A stretch of DNA of 64,000 nucleotides, from assembly GCA_051362555.1 (NCBI GenBank), contig CM120640.1, positions 67,496,788 to 67,560,787 of the forward strand. The letters are read 5' to 3'. Both the position numbers and the translations under genes were made by a program. The stretch is from Lingula anatina. Its lineage: Eukaryota; Animalia; Brachiopoda. The notes below the pieces were generated by a model. The model ran no database searches, was not told where the DNA came from, and was given only the letters and a program-made list of their open reading frames with translations. Each line of letters starts with the position of its first letter. The first letter of the stretch is position 1. Positions 40,188-64,000 of this stretch are shown piece by piece.

Positions 40188-40419
40188 GATCTCTACAGGA
40201 AATGTTGGCTATATTTATATGGCATAGACTGCTGACTGTCAGCATTTCTCCTATTGGTCAACCTACAATGAAGCCAGACGTCACTGATATATCGATCACG
40301 AGCAAATATGCTGCCTCAGCGCATAGTTATCAGCTGTGTGGCGTGTTGTGGTTACCTGTGTCATTGTAAATAGGTCAAGGTTGTGACATCCTTTCCCGCG
40401 AAATATTAAAAGACCCAAC

Positions 40420-40425
<6 letters not shown>
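40184..40425. promoter_or_regulatory. CpG-rich bidirectional promoter region: E2F site for MSH2; TATA, CCAAT and CRE-like sites pointing the other way
   Basis: TTTCCCGCGAAA at 40392-40403 (overlapping E2F motifs on both strands); CAACATGGCG (YY1-like) over the MSH2 ATG; GACGTCA at 40277-83. Confidence 0.65.
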
Positions 40426-58325
<17,900 letters not shown>

Positions 58326-58354
58326 ATTCCTGCCTTAGGTGGTAGCTAGTCTAA

Positions 58355-58887
58355 GAGCGCATTCTCAACGAATTAAGCCAGGCTTTACAAACCCAGTGAC
58401 CTAAAAATTGCGGACGTACATGAAAGAAAAACCGCCTAATCTTTTAATAGTCTCTCCGCCTCTCACACGCCTCCCCACACGTCGTCCCTGCGGGGTACAG
58501 TAATTAAATCTCGGCTCCGAACATTAATATTTCTGTGAATATCTCTGGTGATATTATCTCCGTAGATAGTCGATTCATTGCTGCTCTACGGGCCAAATTA
58601 TTCCTTTTTCGTCTCTGTTTTCAAAGATAATAGAACAGAAGAGCTTTTTTCCTTCGATCGCCTTCAGCCGCCATGCTTTCTTCCCCACGAGGTTAACTGA
58701 TGAGCATGCGCACTTAATATTTCTCAGGTAGCTTCCGCATGGCGAATGGAGACGCGATTTAATTACTGTACCCCGCAGGGAGGTGGAGGGACTATTAAAA
58801 GATTAGGCGTTTTTTCTTTCATGTACGTCCGCCATTTTTAGGTCACCGGCTTTGTAAAGCCTGGCTTAATTCGTTGAGAATGCGCTC
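58355..58887. mobile_element. Long-TIR MITE (TAA TSD, PIF/Harbinger-like) 30 bp after the MSH2 stop
   Basis: TAA|GAGCGCATTCTCAACGAATTAAGCCAGGCTTTACAAA ... TTTGTAAAGCCTGGCTTAATTCGTTGAGAATGCGCTC|TAA. Inverted similarity extends about 130-160 bp. Confidence 0.9.
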
Positions 58888-60482
58888 TAAAACAATGTTT
58901 GACTGCCTTAATATGTTGAGCAAAAGTCTTAATTGTACTTACAGTGTTAAGACAGATGCTCGGATTTGCCATGCACTAGTACTTGCCTGTTATTCTACAC
59001 AAGTAAAAGTGTTGCATGAAGAAGGCTTTCTTGTACATTGCAGTTTGAAAAGACATTTAAAGATAATAGATTCAAACTTATTTTGGAAACTTAATTGCTT
59101 TAGAAACTCACATATTTTTGACACTAAGGCTTAAGTGAGAAACTTGTTATGCATATCAATGTTTGTACTACACATAAATGTACATACCTGTAGATAATTA
59201 GTATACATTGCTAATGCAGATATTATGACATTCACTTTAATGTTGAAATTAAGGATTCAAATGTTTATTTGTTGAGCATTAAATTGGCATGTTATTTGAT
59301 CTAGTTGTCTCCATGGCATATTGCTCAAATCTGGACATAATGCCTGCATCCTCGATTTTTTTTTATCAATCTCCTTATTGTTTCTGTCTTCATATATACT
59401 GTAAATGCCATTCAATGTAATGACTTGAATTTTTCATGTAACTTCCTTACTGCCCATTATGTAGTTCTCATACTGCACTTCATGTCAATCACTTGCCCTA
59501 TTTAACTTATTGCACAATACAATATGATACAAAATTATGGCCTTATTAGAGATTAAATAACGATCAACCCTTACTGCCAAGTCAAGCTAGCCCCTGTCAA
59601 AAGGGGTGTTCATTCCATTGATTTGCAAAGAAATCACACCTGATCTTGCTATAACAATAAATTCTGCGGTAGGTAAATGATTTGGAAGAATAAATATCAA
59701 AAAACGTGAAATCCAAGTCTGCACTAATTAATTCTGCATCTTTTTCAACAGTTGAAAATTTCCCTTAGAAATGGTTGCTCACATTCAAAACAAGGAAGTG
59801 ATTGTTCAAAGTTTACCCATTTAATATTTTTTTCCTGACGCAAACAAGTCACTTCCTATAAATAGAGGCAAGGCAATCTTTCACAAAAAGCATAAATGAA
59901 TAGTGTCTTTGCTTCTGTGTTAGATTAACCATCCTTGGGTTAGAGATTTAATTAATTAAATGGCTTCATTCTAAATTGATAGTATATGTAGTACGTAGAA
60001 AGCGGGAAGTGCCCAAGGTGCTCTGAAATTCAGAATACTATAGTTGAAAGTGGTTGATCCTCCCGTGAGGTTTCATAATCATATTGCGTTTTTTATTTTT
60101 TTATTTATTTATTTTTTTTTTGTGTGTTGTTTATAATTATTTATTCATTTTTGAGTGCAAATATTCTCAAATTACAAAGAAAGTCCTCCCAGGCTCGTAA
60201 TTCGTATTATAAATATTTCCACTAACCGTTAGGCAATCATTGATTACCCACCTAAAATACTTTACGAATTAAAAGCTATTTGATACTTTAGACCTGCTAC
60301 AAAATGTCAACTATGAGAAGAGGGAAATTTTCTGCGTGGGTTAATTTATCTGCGGGTTATTTAAAGCGTCGGTATTTCCCTCACGTGACCAAAGGTAGAG
60401 CTGCTATAGGTGTACAATTTTTGATATCGGTGCACGCCCCGTCAAAACCTCGAGAGATCCAGTGCTACCGAAAATTTAGAAG

Positions 60483-61547
60483 ATGTCTCTGTTGTGGCGA
60501 TTCGTGGCTTGTATAAAGGAGGTAAGGGCACTTGGTCGCACACTGTGATTCAGATGATATAGACAGTTTAGACAAGAGCGGGTCAACTTCGCTTTATCTT
60601 TGTTTACACCTCGCAAACTTCACATAGCGGATAGTTGTTTCAAACTCCTCTGTACAAACAAATGAAACTACAAGCTGTAGATTATAAATCTGGCCACCCT
60701 TAGACATCGCCTTTATGGGGACTGCCGCTGTCTTAAAAAAGGCCATGATCAATGAGATACAACGAAAGGCTTTTAAACTGCCTTATTGATTTATTTATCT
60801 ATTTGTTTTCTCTCTCTCTCTCTCTCTCTCTCTGTGAGCGCTTCAGGTAAGTAACGACAACTATTTAATATTTTTGCATGCTAAAATGTAGTGGATCTTC
60901 GTTGAATTACTTAAGATTTAAACTTAATATAAATACTTAATATAAGAAACTTTATATAAATACTTCGTGTTCTACTTATTAGTCTTGTCGCTGTTCCATT
61001 ATATAAAAGCCTTTTATTAAAATCCTGCCACGTTTAATCCGCAACTGTAACCTATGTGTCTTGTGGTGCAGGTCGAAAAAGTTAACATTGTTTTTTTTAT
61101 TATATTGATGGCTTGCATACATCGGTTAGTGTTTAAGGCTGCTTGCAACCGAAAAATGTAGTACAATGGACGGATTGTTTGCGCATCTTGTTTGTGTTGT
61201 TTATTTGTCTGCGATAAGTATTTATAAATTCCAGCTGCCTGGGTTGTGCGAGATAATAAACCACAACTTAAAAGCAAAAGACGCCAATAAAACACAATAA
61301 ACTTAATGCAAAAAAAAAGTGAAGACTGAACGCCGTTTCTATACCAGTACATGTATCTTAAAGACCGATGTCAACTTCATCTAAATAATCCTGTCAACAT
61401 GCATGCAGTGGCGGATTTAGGGAAGTGTCAGGGGGTCATTACCCCTTTCGATTTCTAAAAATACCCCACAAATGGTCCCCTCTTGATAATAGAATTTTGA
61501 CTAGTTGAATCATAGTTCTAAACCGTACCAAATGGCACCGTACGCAC

Positions 61548-61584
<37 letters not shown>

Positions 61585-64000
61585 CGGGGGCCCTCCAGCG
61601 CTAAGGTGGTGGGGGGAGGTGTCGGCTTCGTATCCACGGACCCCCTTCAAAAATCCTGGATCCACCCCTGGTATCCAAATGTATCCAAACGGCTTTTCAA
61701 CCTGCACTGAACTTCATTACGCGACGAACGAAAACTGCAATCCATTACCATATCTCGCAAATGCAGCTTTTGCCAGTCATGTCATTCTCATCAAACACAT
61801 AAAAAGATACTGATAAGAATAAAATTAATAAGTAAAAACAAATAAATAAAGAATAAATAAGAAAATAAATAATGATAACAGTATAAATAAATAATCAATA
61901 AACGAAAGAAACGAAGAAGAAAGATTATCGACTGCCTACCTTCACGTACCACTATAGCCTTATTTAGAAAATAGCAGCGCATGTTAATTGCCATCTGTTT
62001 TTTATTTTAGTTCTTCTATCCAACTGTTAAAGAACCCCCAGCTTACACAACTTTAAATCTGGTTGGTGTCAGCGACAATGTGTTCTGTTTCTCCGAAGAT
62101 CAGAAGAAATTGAAGGACCTGAATGTTGAAAAAATTAAAGATGGCCAACTCCCCTCAAATCACGCAAAGGTAAGTATGTAGTAAATGATTTCAATGAGCT
62201 TATATTTGTGGAGACGCTAAAATAGTCCCGTTTTCCTGCGTTAGCGTTATTATTGTTTGAAAATGAAAAATATGGAATTTTTTCGTTTATTACAGATTGT
62301 TGTTTTAGGAGATCCTAGAGTTGGAAAAACTAGCCTGTTAAGGCGTCTTCTGGGTCAAAGCTTTCGAGATGACGAGCAAAGCACTCCTGGCTTGGACACG
62401 AAGTATGTCGAGGGGAAAAAGGCATATGAATCCTTCGAAGAGGTTGACCGCGGTGATTCAATCGACAGAGACACACAGGAAAGTGCCTCGTACTTGGTTG
62501 CCAAAGAGCTGATCCCACATCCTCCTGTCTGTGCAACAGCCAGTGGTTTGAAACATATCAATGCACAGGATTTTGGAGCGTGTTATGTGATAGCACATGT
62601 TTCAAAGCTGTTGGTCATGACAATTCCTTCTGTTGTCCTTTTTTCACTGCACAATGTCTTGGGGTTTCCACTGATATTTGGTTGCGTTTGGTTTTCGGCC
62701 TGGGTCATTGGCTTGCTCGACACTAAAAATAATTTCGTTAGTGTCATTGATGCAAGCGCCGTTGGCATGACAATGGTCAACTTTTTGATTCGCAAAAATC
62801 CTCTTGCTGAATGCTTTGATTGGTTGAAAGATACAGACATCTGCTGCATAAGAGGCAATTTTTCTTCATCACATTGGGTGTTTCTTTGTGATATAATTCA
62901 CCGGGTTGGATATATTACTCCGGAACACTTCTTTTCCGGAATAATTTGTAGTTTTGGTCATTTGTTGGTGGTTGTACTGGCCGGTTGGACCATTGGTTTC
63001 GTTCTTGGATTGCGGATTCGAAAGTGGATCGTTTTCCCGGCATTCTTAATAATGCTGCCTTCCGTAAAATCCAACGAACAACATTTCAGCGTTACGCATT
63101 TAGCGTTTTTGGCAGTGCATTTTTCTTATGCCCTTGGAGTTAGTATTGGGGTCGGTATTACGTCCAGAAACTACATGCTGTCAAAAACGAACGCTCTGAA
63201 AGAGTTCCCAAGAAACATGGCACTTCATGTAGTCACTTTGACTCTTTTCATTTTTCTGATGCCTATTGCTCTGAGTGAGTACAAAGATCACTTTTTCTGT
63301 CAAGTTACACTGTCTGGGGGCTTTGGGATAGTATTTGGATTAATGTATGCTCTAGCCAGTCACAGCTGCCGAAACCTAAAAAGTTTCTTGTTTCAAAATT
63401 CAGGAATATACAGCTTTTTTATCGGTGTAATGGCTTGTCCTCTTTACTTGCATTCCATTGGCTGGACAGTTGTGGATCTATCTGTTCTGGCTGAGCAGCC
63501 ATTTTGGCTTCGTTTGATTTTTGTGATCTCTCCACTCATAAGACTTGGTATTGAAATCCGGAGAAAGGTTGTGCTCAAGGCGTTTGATGCGTGCGGAGTT
63601 GATTTGATTTCTATCTCTCGACATTTGTCCAGAATAAACCTCAATCTTGAGTCTTTGCCCACTTTCTTAAATATTTTAGATTTTGCTGGTCAGGAGAAAT
63701 ATCGTTCGTGGCATCATCTTTTTATGTCCAAACATGGCATTTATTTGTTGGTTTTCAATTTAGCTCATGTGGTCGAATCCCCGGAAGCCCCTGAACGTCA
63801 GCTGAAAGATCTTGAGTACTGGCTTAACTCCATTTTTGCGCACACCTCTCATCCAGATTCTGTTATCCTCCTGGTCGGTACACACGCCAGAAGTTTTGAT
63901 AAATCTCTAGAAAACCGGGTTAAAGAGTTTGAAACAATACTGAAACGTAGAATTTTATCAAACCCAAAGTACGAAAAGAGGCTGTACACATGTGATTTTC
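60483..64000 (+). CDS. Roco-family GTPase with an N-terminal Roc domain interrupted by a multi-pass membrane insert; truncated by the window edge
   Basis: Inferred exons 60483-60521 (MSLLWRFVACIKE|gtaagg; less certain), 62011-62169 and 62296->64000, all phase 0 and open. G1 GDPRVGKTS (62308), G2 STPG (62380), G3 ILDFAGQEKY (D at 63679), then HHLFMSKHGIYLLVFNL, YWLNSI and G4 LVGTH. Confidence 0.88.
61406..61669. mobile_element. Small non-autonomous DNA element (CAGTGGCGGAT...ATCCACCCCTG termini) in Roco intron 1; older relative at about 20144-20300
   Basis: Imperfect TIRs and an internal poly-A run; no TSD seen. Confidence 0.55.

Noticed and set aside
60839-60846. Microexon after the (CT)n tract in Roco intron 1
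   Set aside because: It would be 8 nt with a weak GAG acceptor and would shift the frame between two phase-0 exons.
62330-63662. Minus-strand ORFs over the Roco exon
   Set aside because: Antisense shadows of the long plus-strand frame.

Overview
AT-rich, intron-rich animal genomic DNA. Gene and TE content suggest a lophotrochozoan, probably a mollusc (inference). Most ORF-track entries are noise because the real genes are spliced; the gene models here were read by eye from GT-AG boundaries and frame continuity. Left to right: (1) an intronless minus-strand gene running off the left edge, with signal peptide, 15-aa mucin-like repeats and a somatomedin-B-like Cys motif; (2) BEL/Pao gag and LINE debris in a tandem duplication; (3) cytosolic alpha-mannosidase MAN2C1 (5770-18409), whose catalytic-domain exon 12 is present as two conserved 96-bp copies that look mutually exclusive; (4) a decayed Sola3-like DNA transposon; (5) an achaete-scute (ASCb-type) bHLH gene; (6) ZC4H2; (7) a short TATA/Inr-driven, strongly base-paired unit divergent from MSH2; (8) MSH2 (40420-58325), with an EnSpm-type element carrying a Penelope GIY-YIG and hammerhead remnant, a Helentron-type element with 146-bp satellite monomers, an 11-copy splice-donor minisatellite, and a long-TIR MITE just after the stop; (9) a Roco-family GTPase gene running off the right edge, whose Roc domain is split by a ~400-aa multi-pass membrane insert. 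The best candidates for undescribed biology are the membrane-split Roc GTPase, the MAN2C1 exon switch with its candidate RNA pairings, and the structured RNA beside MSH2. No database searches or folding programs were run, so novelty is unverified.
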